In this document: positions 37,468 through 47,330 of the stretch, in pieces
How positions within the stretch are numbered: the stretch's first letter is position 1
Layout: each line of letters opens with the position of its first letter
IMG/VR virus record: IMGVR_UViG_3300045988_065931
DNA: 62,470 bases
Reading direction: 5' to 3' (one strand)
Source of the DNA: a virus
Program-made: the position numbers and the translations under genes
Notes under the pieces: model-generated
The model's database searches: none
What the model was told of the DNA's origin: nothing
What the model saw: only the letters and a program-made list of their open reading frames with translations

Positions 37468-38520
37468 ATGTCAGAGAATGCACAGGTAGAAAAAAATAAC
37501 ACAGAAGTGGATCAGGAGAAAAAAGCATTTACCACAGGGCTTAGCGAATGGTCAAATACGATTACAAACCTTATAGAAAGAGATTATGACTCTTGTGGTG
37601 TAAAGTTTGATGATTATTCTAAGAAATGCGCATTAGAAGCAATGACTTCTATTTATAATCTTGTAAGAACAAACCCGAAAGTAAATATGGGAAGTCTTGA
37701 TACAAGCAATTTAAGAGGAATCGTTGAGCATTGTGCAAGTCTAAAACTCAACCCAAGTGCTTATCCGAGAGAGTGTTATTTCCAGTTAAGAAATGTAAAA
37801 GTTGGTATAGATGAGTATGGAAAAGACATTTGGCAACAAATGGTAGAATTTGGAATTGAGGGCGCAGGATATGACGCACTTTTGAGTAACTACGGAAAAG
37901 ATGTAGATAGAGTTTATCCATATTGGGTTGTCAAAGAAGGAGATACATATATTCCACCAAAGCATAAAGGTATTGAGATAACACCTCCTGAGTGGGAAGA
38001 AAAAGGACTATCTGAAAAGGCTGCGAGAGTCGTATATCCAGTAAAACTAACAGATGGAACAGTTGTATATCTTATGGCAAATAGGGAAAGTGTGAAAGTG
38101 AATTTTCTTGCCCATGTGAAACAAAATATGATAAATGCTACATTCGGGATTTGCGCTGACAGATATAAGGCAACAGAAAAACAAAAAGAGCAGATCAAGG
38201 AGAAAAAAGCGGAGGTATTGAATGCTTTGAGAAAATGCGAAACCATTGATGATATGATTTCGTGCGAAGCTGCAAAACCGTTTATTAGCAGTTCGTGGCT
38301 TGACACTCCAGAAAGTATGATTGTAAGAAAAATGCTAAATAATGCTACGAGGAAATATCCGAAGAATTATGACACCATGGCAAATAAAGCGTTTATCGAA
38401 ATGGATGAGATTTATCAGAATTCGCGGGCAGAAATCGCAGAAAACGAAAATTCACAGCCATTTGAAGTTGTGGCAGACGTGGAAGCGAAAGAAGAACCAA
38501 GTTTTGTGACGGAGGGGTAG
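37468..38520 (+). CDS. recT: RecT-like single-strand annealing protein
   Basis: Contains ...CASLKLNPSAYPRECYF..., 350 aa. Lies between the ATPase and the SSB/MBL genes. Confidence 0.55.
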   Translation: MSENAQVEKNNTEVDQEKKAFTTGLSEWSNTITNLIERDYDSCGVKFDDYSKKCALEAMTSIYNLVRTNPKVNMGSLDTSNLRGIVEHCASLKLNPSAYPRECYFQLRNVKVGIDEYGKDIWQQMVEFGIEGAGYDALLSNYGKDVDRVYPYWVVKEGDTYIPPKHKGIEITPPEWEEKGLSEKAARVVYPVKLTDGTVVYLMANRESVKVNFLAHVKQNMINATFGICADRYKATEKQKEQIKEKKAEVLNALRKCETIDDMISCEAAKPFISSSWLDTPESMIVRKMLNNATRKYPKNYDTMANKAFIEMDEIYQNSRAEIAENENSQPFEVVADVEAKEEPSFVTEG

Positions 38521-38523
38521 GAA

Positions 38524-38892
38524 ATGAGAGTAATTAGTCAAGATGGAATGCAAGATATTCCGTATGAAAAGTTTGTGTTTTCAATTACAAAAGACAATAG
38601 GATTGTAGCAACAATAGGATGTACTGCTCCACCAGCAGAATTATATATGTCATCAGTTGCAAAATATTCTACACAAGAAAAAGCCGTAAAAGCAATGGGA
38701 ATGATGAGAAGTGCTTATGCAGGAATGCCAGTTATTTTTCAGAATGTGGAACCATCAGAAGATGTTGAGAGAATGTTTGAAAGAACAAAAATGAATGGAA
38801 TTGTCGCAATCACAGATGACAAAAAGTCGAAAATCGAATATGTCAATAACGTGATTTTTCAGTTTCCAAAAAATGAAGAAGTGGAGGTATAG
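38524..38892 (+). CDS. Hypothetical protein
   Basis: ORF only. Confidence 0.4.
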   Translation: MRVISQDGMQDIPYEKFVFSITKDNRIVATIGCTAPPAELYMSSVAKYSTQEKAVKAMGMMRSAYAGMPVIFQNVEPSEDVERMFERTKMNGIVAITDDKKSKIEYVNNVIFQFPKNEEVEV

Positions 38893-38893
38893 C

Positions 38894-39210
38894 ATGAACG
38901 AAGCGGAGAAAATAAAAATAATCGCTGACCATTACGGATATGATGCGCAGAGCAGACAGTGCATTGAAGAGATGGCAGAACTGACACAAGCCATCAACAA
39001 GTTTTGGAGAAATCAGCTTGGTTGTGGGAAATATGAATTGCCGAATGACCCAGAGAAAATTCCGTTGTTCACAAAGGAATATGACAATCTTATTGAGGAA
39101 ATAGCAGATGTGCAGGTTATGTTGTTGCAAATGGCATATCTCCTAAAGACCGACATTCAATCTATGGTTGATATCAAGTTGAATAGGCAGTTGGAAAGGA
39201 TTAAGAGAGA

Positions 39211-39214
<4 letters not shown>
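38894..39214 (+). CDS. MazG-like nucleotide pyrophosphohydrolase
   Basis: CIEEMAELTQAI and LIEEIADVQVML motifs. RBS gtggaggt. Confidence 0.6.
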
Positions 39215-40223
<1,009 letters not shown>

Positions 40224-40239
<16 letters not shown>

Positions 40240-41003
40240 GTAGCATTTATTGTAACAACAGCGAGATATTCGTCATTCGATTGATGAAGAATATGTTTAA
40301 AACAATAAAGGCGGAGAGTCATGATTTAGGAGTTGTTATGAAAGAAAAGAAAATTGGAAACTTATATGGATTCTCCGGTGGGAATTATGCAGGGAATGTA
40401 TATGAAAAAAACAATTTATGTCCAACAATTAATACGTGCCAAGGAGGTGGAAAGCAGCCAATGATTATTGATAATCCAAAACAATTAGGATTTATGGATA
40501 GCGGAACCGGAAAACATCAATCGAATACTGTGTATGACGAAAAAGGAATTTGCCCTAATATCACAACAATAGAGGGTGGCGGAACGCAGCAAATTAAAAT
40601 TGCAACGGCAGATGCAATCAGGAAAGACAATACGATTTGTGTTGCTATGAGAGGCAGAAATCCAGAGAATCCATCAGACAGAACGTCAGGAGTACATACA
40701 GAGCAATGCTTGGAAATAAATCAAAACGGAACGAGTAATACGCTCACAAGCGTTCAGAAAGACAATCTAGTGATGCAAACCAATAATTGCATTGATATAC
40801 AATACAGAATACGAAAACTAACTCCGAGAGAATGTTGGAGATTAATGGATTTCAAAGATTATGATTTTGAAAAAGCACAAGAAGTAAATTCAAATACACA
40901 GTTGTATAAACAAGCAGGGAATTCGATTGTGAAGAATGTGCTTGTTGCAATATTTGGACAAATGATTGATGGAAAGGAAAATGTTTACAAGGAGGTGGTC
41001 TAA
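40224..41003 (+). CDS. DNA (cytosine-5) methyltransferase, C-terminal part (multiple TRD-like segments + motifs IX/X)
   Basis: CPTINTCQGGG, CPNITTIEGGG, RKLTPRECWRLMDF, QAGNSIV. Lies in the -1 frame relative to 39211-40239, with a 16-nt overlap. Confidence 0.8.
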
Positions 41004-41746
41004 TGCTTATGAAATGTATAAATTCCGGTAGTAGTGGTAATGGATATGCACTCATTTCAGATGATGAAGTTCTACTAATAGAATGTGGAGTTCCGTCGAA
41101 AGAAATGTTGCGTGCGATTGATTATCAGACAGGAAAAGTTGCCGGATGCCTTATCTCTCATGAGCATGGTTAAGGAGACCATGCAAAGTATATTAAACAG
41201 TACATGAAGTACGGGATCAAGTGCTATACATCTGATGAAGTACAGGAACGGATTGAAACGATCTACGGAGAAAAGACGGTTGGAATGAATCGTATGCACG
41301 TTACAAAAATCGGTTCATTCCAAGTGATACCGTTCCAGTCACCACATAACGGTACAGAATGTGACGGTTTCTTGATTAAACATGAAAAAATAGGTTGCTT
41401 GCTATTTATTACAGACGCAGAATATTGCAAATATGATTTCTCAAAAATGGGTATCAACCATGCAATGATCGAGTGCAATTATTCCGAGGATTACTTAGAT
41501 GTGGAAGAAAATCAAGGTAAAACAAATCATGTACTGCAAGGACACATGGAATTACAAACTTGTAAAAGGCTCATACAGACGATTAACAGTCCAATGCTAA
41601 GAAGTGTAGGCTTACTGCATTTAAGTTCACAGAATGGAAATCCTGAACGATTCAGAGAGGAAATAGAAGAATTGGTCGATTGTGATGTAGATGTGTGGGT
41701 AGCAGAAAAAGGTATAGAAAGGGAATTACGGTTGGAACCGTTTTAG
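41003..41746 (+). pseudogene. Metallo-beta-lactamase-fold hydrolase interrupted by an in-frame TAA at 41171-41173
   Basis: RBS aaggaggtgg. Reads ...LISHEHG*GDHAKY..., i.e. the HxHxDH motif split by a stop. The same frame continues to 41746. Confidence 0.7.
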
Positions 41747-41753
41747 GTGAGAA

Positions 41754-41975
41754 ATGAAAGAAACATTAAAAGTCAAAGATATTCTTTCGCATTGCGAAGA
41801 ATCTGCGAAAAAGTGCAGAATTTTAGCAGATAAGGCAATTGAGAATGTCGGTCATGGAGAAAGCGAAGAATCAGCAATCGGGGCGTGTGCGTTCTTCATG
41901 CAAGAACAAAGAATGTATCGGCAGATTATACCGGACATTATCAGAGAATTGGCAGAAAGTGAGGATAAGGAATGA
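41754..41975 (+). CDS. Hypothetical protein
   Basis: ORF only. Confidence 0.4.
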   Translation: MKETLKVKDILSHCEESAKKCRILADKAIENVGHGESEESAIGACAFFMQEQRMYRQIIPDIIRELAESEDKE

Positions 41976-42415
41976 ACAGCATTGTAATTGTCGGTCGTGC
42001 GGTCAGAGACGCAGAAGTGAGATATTCGCAAGGTGAAAAATCAACAGCATTTGGAAATTACACTCTTGCAGTTGATAGACCGTACAAAAAGGACGGAGAT
42101 AAAGAAACAGATTTTATCATGTGTAAGGCAGTTGGAAAAACTGCTGAATTTGCAGAAAAGTATATCACAAAAGGTGTGAAAATGATCGTTCGTGGTCGGA
42201 TGCAGATTGACAACTATACAGACAAGGACGGAAACAAAAGACAGTCAGCATATATTTTCGTTGAGCAGCAGGAATTTGCAGAGAGTAAAAATGCAAATCA
42301 GCAGAATAACAACAATGTACAGGCTGGTCCGTCGCCTTATGGAAATATTCCTACTGATTCGGATGGATTCATGCACATTCCGTCAGATATAGACGATGAA
42401 GTTCCTTTTGTATAG
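41972..42415 (+). CDS. ssb: Single-stranded DNA-binding protein
   Basis: OB-fold N-terminus NSIVIVGRAVRDAEVRY. Acidic tail DIDDEVPFV. Confidence 0.85.
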   Translation: MNSIVIVGRAVRDAEVRYSQGEKSTAFGNYTLAVDRPYKKDGDKETDFIMCKAVGKTAEFAEKYITKGVKMIVRGRMQIDNYTDKDGNKRQSAYIFVEQQEFAESKNANQQNNNNVQAGPSPYGNIPTDSDGFMHIPSDIDDEVPFV

Positions 42416-42431
42416 ATTGGAGTGACGAAAA

Positions 42432-42692
42432 ATGACAATACAAGAAGCGATCGGAATGCAAGAATCAATTAAGAGATTTCATAGATACGATGAAGAAGTC
42501 GAAAGTAGTTGCGATATGGCAATACTAGCATTGGAAAAGCAGATACCTAAGAAATACGAGTTTAAGGACAGAGTACCGTATTGCCCATGTTGCGGAGAAA
42601 TAGCCACAACAAATACAGGGGATAGTTTTCTTGATTACTGGTTAAGTTTTTGCAATAAGTGCGGACAAAAATTAGGGAGTGATAAATATTGA
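42432..42692 (+). CDS. Zinc-ribbon protein (ALEKQIPKK module)
   Basis: CPCCGE...CNKCGQKL. Confidence 0.5.
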   Translation: MTIQEAIGMQESIKRFHRYDEEVESSCDMAILALEKQIPKKYEFKDRVPYCPCCGEIATTNTGDSFLDYWLSFCNKCGQKLGSDKY

Positions 42693-43288
42693 GTTATCAA
42701 AACTTTAGACAGATAAAAGCTATTGAGCAGAAGAATAAACAGCGGTTGCTTGAGGTTAATTCAAAATTAGACGATGAAAGCGGAATTTACTTTCTGGCAA
42801 GAGAAGATGAACAAGGTTTCCGATACGCTTATGTCGGACAGGCAGTACATATTTTAACGAGATTAGCACAACACCTATCTGGATATGAACAGCATATTGA
42901 CCGTTCTCTAAAAAAGCATGGGTTGTACTCAGAAGATAATACATATGGGTGGAAAGTTGGATGTATGCACTTTTCAAAAGATAAACTCGATGAAGCTGAG
43001 AAGTATTTTATAAAAGCGTATGCAGATAAAGGTTACCAGTTACGAAACAAAACTTCTGGCAGCCAAGGCGAGGGAAAGTCGCAGATTGCAGATTACCGAC
43101 CGCAGAAAGGCTATCATGACGGTTTGAAACAAGGTAGATTGAATTTGGCAAGGGAATTATCATCTATCGCAGAAAAGCACCTTAAAATCGAAATTAGAGA
43201 TGACAAGAAGAACAATAAGATTTCACAGAGACAGTTTGAGAAGTTTAAGGAACTGTTAGGAACCGAAAATTATATGGGAGGAAATTAA
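42689..43288 (+). CDS. GIY-YIG domain protein
   Basis: GIYFLAREDEQGFRYAYVGQA...RLAQH...E..YFI. Confidence 0.55.
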   Translation: MSYQNFRQIKAIEQKNKQRLLEVNSKLDDESGIYFLAREDEQGFRYAYVGQAVHILTRLAQHLSGYEQHIDRSLKKHGLYSEDNTYGWKVGCMHFSKDKLDEAEKYFIKAYADKGYQLRNKTSGSQGEGKSQIADYRPQKGYHDGLKQGRLNLARELSSIAEKHLKIEIRDDKKNNKISQRQFEKFKELLGTENYMGGN

Positions 43289-43909
43289 ATGTGTAACATG
43301 AACAAAATTTTAGAAAAAGCAAAAGAATTAGTAGCAATGTTGGAGGAAAAGGAAATATCGGATAAAGTTGAACTTTCCACAGTTTCTCCGGGCTGTGTGA
43401 TTGACCTTGGGGAAGATGAATTTGTGGTGTTAGACCATGATGATGGCGGAACATTGATTATTTCAAAGGGTTTCATGGAAGAAAATGTGAAATTTGGTGA
43501 TAACACTGATTTCAATGGTTCTAATGTGCAGCGTGTGTTGTATGAAGATATTCTTCCGAAGATTGAAGCAACTGTTGGAAAAGACAATGTTCTTTCACAG
43601 ACTGTGAAATTAACAACAGTTGATAATCAGAATATTTATGAAGATGTGACTGGAAGAATCCGGTTACTGACATTTGATGAAGTTAGAAAATACAATCCGT
43701 TGATCGTGAATAAAGATTTGGATGATTATTGGTGGACAATGACTCCGTGGACAAGCAATGATAGATGGAAATACCCAATCGCCGTTGTTTCGCCGGTTGG
43801 CGGCATCAACTGCAGGGACTGCCATTACGGCCGCCGCGGTGTTCGCCCAGTTTTGTATCTTAAATCTAATATCTTTGTATCTTTGGGAGGAAAATTCGAT
43901 GAGAAATAA
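43289..43909 (+). CDS. DGR target protein 1 (C-type-lectin-fold-like variable C-terminus)
   Basis: C-terminal ...DDYWWTMTPW...VVSPVGGINCRDCHYGRRGVRPVLYL overlaps VR1. Confidence 0.8.
   Translation: MCNMNKILEKAKELVAMLEEKEISDKVELSTVSPGCVIDLGEDEFVVLDHDDGGTLIISKGFMEENVKFGDNTDFNGSNVQRVLYEDILPKIEATVGKDNVLSQTVKLTTVDNQNIYEDVTGRIRLLTFDEVRKYNPLIVNKDLDDYWWTMTPWTSNDRWKYPIAVVSPVGGINCRDCHYGRRGVRPVLYLKSNIFVSLGGKFDEK
43782..43860 (+). repeat. DGR variable region VR1
   Basis: Aligns to the TR with 10 substitutions, all at TR adenines, plus one extra CGC codon. Confidence 0.8.
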
Positions 43910-44516
43910 ACTTGAGCAAAAATTAAATGAACTGGAACGGAAGTTAGACGACGGTTTAAATGAATTAAAAAAGTTAAAAGCAAAATTAGAAGCGGAAAAG
44001 CTCGCAGGATTAAAAATCGGAGATACCTTTGAATTAATTGGGAAGAAATGGAAGATTCTGGATTCGAATGAAAATGACATGCTATGCATTTGTATGGAAT
44101 CTCTAGGAGATAAAACATTTGATTCAGAATGCAACAAATGGACATCAAGTAATTTAAGAAATTATCTCAATACAGAAATATATAAAAAAATCTGTGAAGA
44201 AATTGGTGAAGAGAATGTGATTGAGTTTGAACGCAATCTGTTGTCTCTTGATGGTCAAACAGAGTACGGAGCTTGCAAAGATTTTGTTTCATTGATTTCG
44301 ATTGATGAATACAGAACGTATCGAAGTCTGATTCCAAATTTTGATGAATGGTGGTGGATGCTTTCACCGTATAGCACAAAATGTAACGAGGATTCAAGTT
44401 ATGTTTCCGTTGTTTCGCCGGTTGGCGGCATCGGCTTCGGGATCTACTATAACGGCAGCGGTGTTCGCCCAGTTTGTATCTTTTCATCTACGCTCTTTGA
44501 ATCAGAGGATGAGTAA
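43899..44516 (+). CDS. DGR target protein 2 (paralog of target 1)
   Basis: RBS tgggagga. C-terminal ...DEWWWMLSPY...VVSPVGGIGFGIYYNGSGVRPVCIF overlaps VR2. Confidence 0.8.
   Translation: MRNKLEQKLNELERKLDDGLNELKKLKAKLEAEKLAGLKIGDTFELIGKKWKILDSNENDMLCICMESLGDKTFDSECNKWTSSNLRNYLNTEIYKKICEEIGEENVIEFERNLLSLDGQTEYGACKDFVSLISIDEYRTYRSLIPNFDEWWWMLSPYSTKCNEDSSYVSVVSPVGGIGFGIYYNGSGVRPVCIFSSTLFESEDE
44407..44480 (+). repeat. DGR variable region VR2
   Basis: Same length as the TR core, with 10 substitutions, every one at a TR adenine. Confidence 0.9.
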
Positions 44517-44888
44517 ATGGCAGAAACAGAGTTGCAGGTAATTTTAAAAGCAATGGAACTTTCCGAGCATACATTGAGACTGACATCGAACTGTAACCGT
44601 TATCCAAAAAAATATCGGTTTTCACTTGTAGATAAAATGCAAAATAAATGTCTTTGTATCTACGAATCATTGATGGAAGCAAACCGGACTGACATAAGAG
44701 AATATAAACGTGAACGTCTGGAATTGCAGACCAAAGCGATTACATATTGCGATGAGATGTTGTTTTATATCGAATTATCTATGAAACTAAACATCATCAA
44801 TACAAAAAGCATGGAATATTGGTCGAAAATGGTAAAAGATATTAAACACATGACGATCGCTTGGAGGAAGAAAGATAGAGGAAGATAG
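44517..44888 (+). CDS. avd: Accessory variability determinant (Avd-like four-helix-bundle protein)
   Basis: 123 aa, helical and basic. Lies between the targets and the TR/RT. Confidence 0.7.
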   Translation: MAETELQVILKAMELSEHTLRLTSNCNRYPKKYRFSLVDKMQNKCLCIYESLMEANRTDIREYKRERLELQTKAITYCDEMLFYIELSMKLNIINTKSMEYWSKMVKDIKHMTIAWRKKDRGR

Positions 44889-44915
44889 TAAAATCATAGG
44901 TTATATATCGTTAAA

Positions 44916-44990
44916 CCGTTGTTTCGCCGGTTGGCGACATCAACAACAGGAACTACAATAACAGCAACGGTGTTCGCCCATTCTGTATTA
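44916..44990 (+). repeat. DGR template repeat (TR), non-coding
   Basis: ccgttgtttcgccggttggcgacatcaacaacaggaactacaataacagcaacggtgttcgccca... A-rich AAC/AAT codon-like core. Confidence 0.85.
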
Positions 44991-45087
44991 CAGACAGTCG
45001 GAGTAGGCATCAAGCCAAAACCAGAGAAAGAGATACAAAAAGATGTATGACCTTCCCAAAACGGGTAAATACAAAGGAGTTTTGGAA

Positions 45088-46119
45088 ATGGACAAGGACA
45101 TTATTACGAATTTCGAAAATTTATATCGTTCTTATCGAAATGCAAAGCGTGGTAAAAGTCTTAATGGAAGTTGTGCAAGATTTCAAAATATGAGCCTTGA
45201 GGGAATTCACCTACTGAAAGAACAGTTGGAGAATCAGACTTATCAAATTGGCAAATACAGTCAGTTCAAGATCTATGAACCGAAAGAACGAGTGATAATG
45301 TCCTGTTCATTCAAAGATAAGGTTGTTCAGCATTGCTTGTGCGACAATATATTGCACCCACGATTGAAAAACGTGTTCATAGAGACGAATTCTGCCGGAC
45401 AGATAAGAAAAGGTACGTTGTATGGAATGGATAAGCTGAAAGAGCAGATGTTGTCCTTTTACAACGAGCACGGACTTGACGGTTGGATATTGAAATGTGA
45501 CATTACGAAATTCTTTTACAGCATTGACCATGAAATTCTGAAAGATATTGTGGACTATTATTTCCCAGATAGTTACACAACGTGGTTGAACCATTTATTC
45601 ATTGATAGCACAGACGGAGTAGGACTCCCACTTGGAAATCAAGTAGCGCAGTTATATGCCATCCTGATGTTAGACTGTGTAGATCATATGATAACCGAAG
45701 AACTTGGTATTAGGTATTACGGACGTTATATGGATGATTTTTATTTGATTCACCGTGACAAGGAATATTTGAAAGAATGTCTGTTACATATCGAAGAAAT
45801 GTTATCAAGCCTTGGACTATTATTGAATGGAAAGACACAGATTTGTCCGGTCAAGAATGGACTACGGTTCCTAGGATTTCATCATTATGTGACGAAAGAC
45901 GGAAAATATATCCGGCGGTTGACTTCCGAAAATAAGCGTAGAGCAAAGAAAAAAGTCAGAAATATGGTTCGTTTGTTGAAAGCTGGAAGAATTACAGAAA
46001 AAGAGTTTGAACAGCGATATAAAGCATGGAAGAATCATGCATCACATGGAAATACAGTGAAACTACTGCATTCTATGGATTTATACATAAAATCAGAACT
46101 TGAGAAAGGATATGGTTAA
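45088..46119 (+). CDS. DGR reverse transcriptase
   Basis: RBS aaaggagttttggaaATG. Contains EPKERVI, FKDKVVQHCL, LPLGNQVAQ, YGRYMDDFYLI. Confidence 0.9.
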   Translation: MDKDIITNFENLYRSYRNAKRGKSLNGSCARFQNMSLEGIHLLKEQLENQTYQIGKYSQFKIYEPKERVIMSCSFKDKVVQHCLCDNILHPRLKNVFIETNSAGQIRKGTLYGMDKLKEQMLSFYNEHGLDGWILKCDITKFFYSIDHEILKDIVDYYFPDSYTTWLNHLFIDSTDGVGLPLGNQVAQLYAILMLDCVDHMITEELGIRYYGRYMDDFYLIHRDKEYLKECLLHIEEMLSSLGLLLNGKTQICPVKNGLRFLGFHHYVTKDGKYIRRLTSENKRRAKKKVRNMVRLLKAGRITEKEFEQRYKAWKNHASHGNTVKLLHSMDLYIKSELEKGYG

Positions 46120-46341
46120 ATGTCTGGATATTACCAAATGACATTAGACGATATAGCAAATGACACAGAAAAATCTTTCGGGAATCGCAAAGATTTATTG
46201 GACACCATGAGCCTTTACGGATCCGCTCTTTTCCTTGCTGCATGTATTCAAGAGATGGATGTGACACGTTTGACGGATGCTGATTATTGGTTAGATTATT
46301 TAAAACAGGAAGTTGATGATAACGGAGTACCTTTGGAATGA
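46120..46341 (+). CDS. Hypothetical protein
   Basis: TAAATG coupling to the RT gene. Confidence 0.4.
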   Translation: MSGYYQMTLDDIANDTEKSFGNRKDLLDTMSLYGSALFLAACIQEMDVTRLTDADYWLDYLKQEVDDNGVPLE

Positions 46342-46847
46342 GTGGTTGGATAAAAATACATAGAGATATTTCATATCACGAAATATGGAGTGATAAGCCT
46401 TTTTCAAAGGGGCAAGCGTGGATTGACCTTATTATTCTGGCAAATCATTCAGACAACAAGTGCATGGTCGGGAATAAGGTTGAAGAAATTAAACGTGGTA
46501 GTTTTATCACGTCAGAACTGAAATTGATGGACAGATGGGGATGGGGAAGAAAAAAGGTTCAGTTGTTCTTGAAGTTTTTGGAAAGTGAATCCATGATCGT
46601 CCGAGATGCGAACAATAAGAGAACAGCAATAACCATTGTGAATTATGATATTTATCAGTATCAGGGAACAGCAAAGGAGCAACAAAAGAACACAAAAGGA
46701 ACATCAAAAGCGCACAAACAAGAAAGAAAGAATAATAAGAATGAAAAGAATAAATTTAATAATTTTGAGCGTAGGCAGTACGACATGGATTCACTTGAAA
46801 GCAAATTGATGGAGGTGAACAGAAATGGCACAAACAATCAAGCATAG
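46338..46847 (+). CDS. Replisome-organiser / DnaD-like replication protein
   Basis: WIKIHRDI..HEIWSDKPFSKGQAWIDLIILAN N-terminal signature. Confidence 0.55.
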   Translation: MSGWIKIHRDISYHEIWSDKPFSKGQAWIDLIILANHSDNKCMVGNKVEEIKRGSFITSELKLMDRWGWGRKKVQLFLKFLESESMIVRDANNKRTAITIVNYDIYQYQGTAKEQQKNTKGTSKAHKQERKNNKNEKNKFNNFERRQYDMDSLESKLMEVNRNGTNNQA

Positions 46848-46959
46848 TTTTAATGGAAGTCCAAGGAAGCAGTCGATTGGATACAAGACTGGTAATATGG
46901 CAGCTTTCATGTATGCCGGTTCAAAACGAAAGAGAAAGAAAAGGGTGAAAGGTAAATGA
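46825..46959 (+). CDS. Small basic protein (44 aa)
   Basis: Translated by hand. RBS ggaggtg. ATGA coupling to the next gene. Confidence 0.3.
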   Translation: MAQTIKHSFNGSPRKQSIGYKTGNMAAFMYAGSKRKRKKRVKGK

Positions 46960-47249
46960 GTTGGGCAAACAATGCACATAAGCGAATAGAAAAACAGAAA
47001 GCAGACGAAAAGTTCAATCAAGATGTAAGAAATGCTATGGACTTGTTTTTCCTCATAACAGCAGATTACCTTCATAGATATGAGGGATATTCAAAGCGTA
47101 GGATTTTGAGGTTTATTGATTTTGCAACGCAGCAATTACATTACGCAGAAAATGATAGTGATTATTTCATTTTAATCAATGAAGCTTTGTATGATGAAAC
47201 GGGAGTAAATGTTTTAAAGGGATTTGTGAGAAAGGAAAAAGAAGTGTAA
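46956..47249 (+). CDS. Hypothetical protein
   Basis: ORF only. Confidence 0.4.
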   Translation: MSWANNAHKRIEKQKADEKFNQDVRNAMDLFFLITADYLHRYEGYSKRRILRFIDFATQQLHYAENDSDYFILINEALYDETGVNVLKGFVRKEKEV

Positions 47250-47330
47250 AGATGGCATCGGTAATAATTATTTTGATAGCGTTCCTGATCGGGTATCTGG
47301 TCGGGTACTGCTGCGGAAAGGACGATACAA

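Larger units (their letters stand above)
43289..46119 (+). mobile_element. Diversity-generating retroelement cassette: target1, target2, avd, TR, RT
   Basis: The TR/VR pairs differ only at TR adenines (plus one extra codon in VR1). An Avd-like gene and an RT gene are adjacent. Confidence 0.9.

Noticed and set aside
43758-43898. N-terminal extension of DGR target 2 in the ORF track
   Set aside because: It overlaps the VR1-containing end of target 1. An RBS (gggagga) precedes the ATG at 43899.
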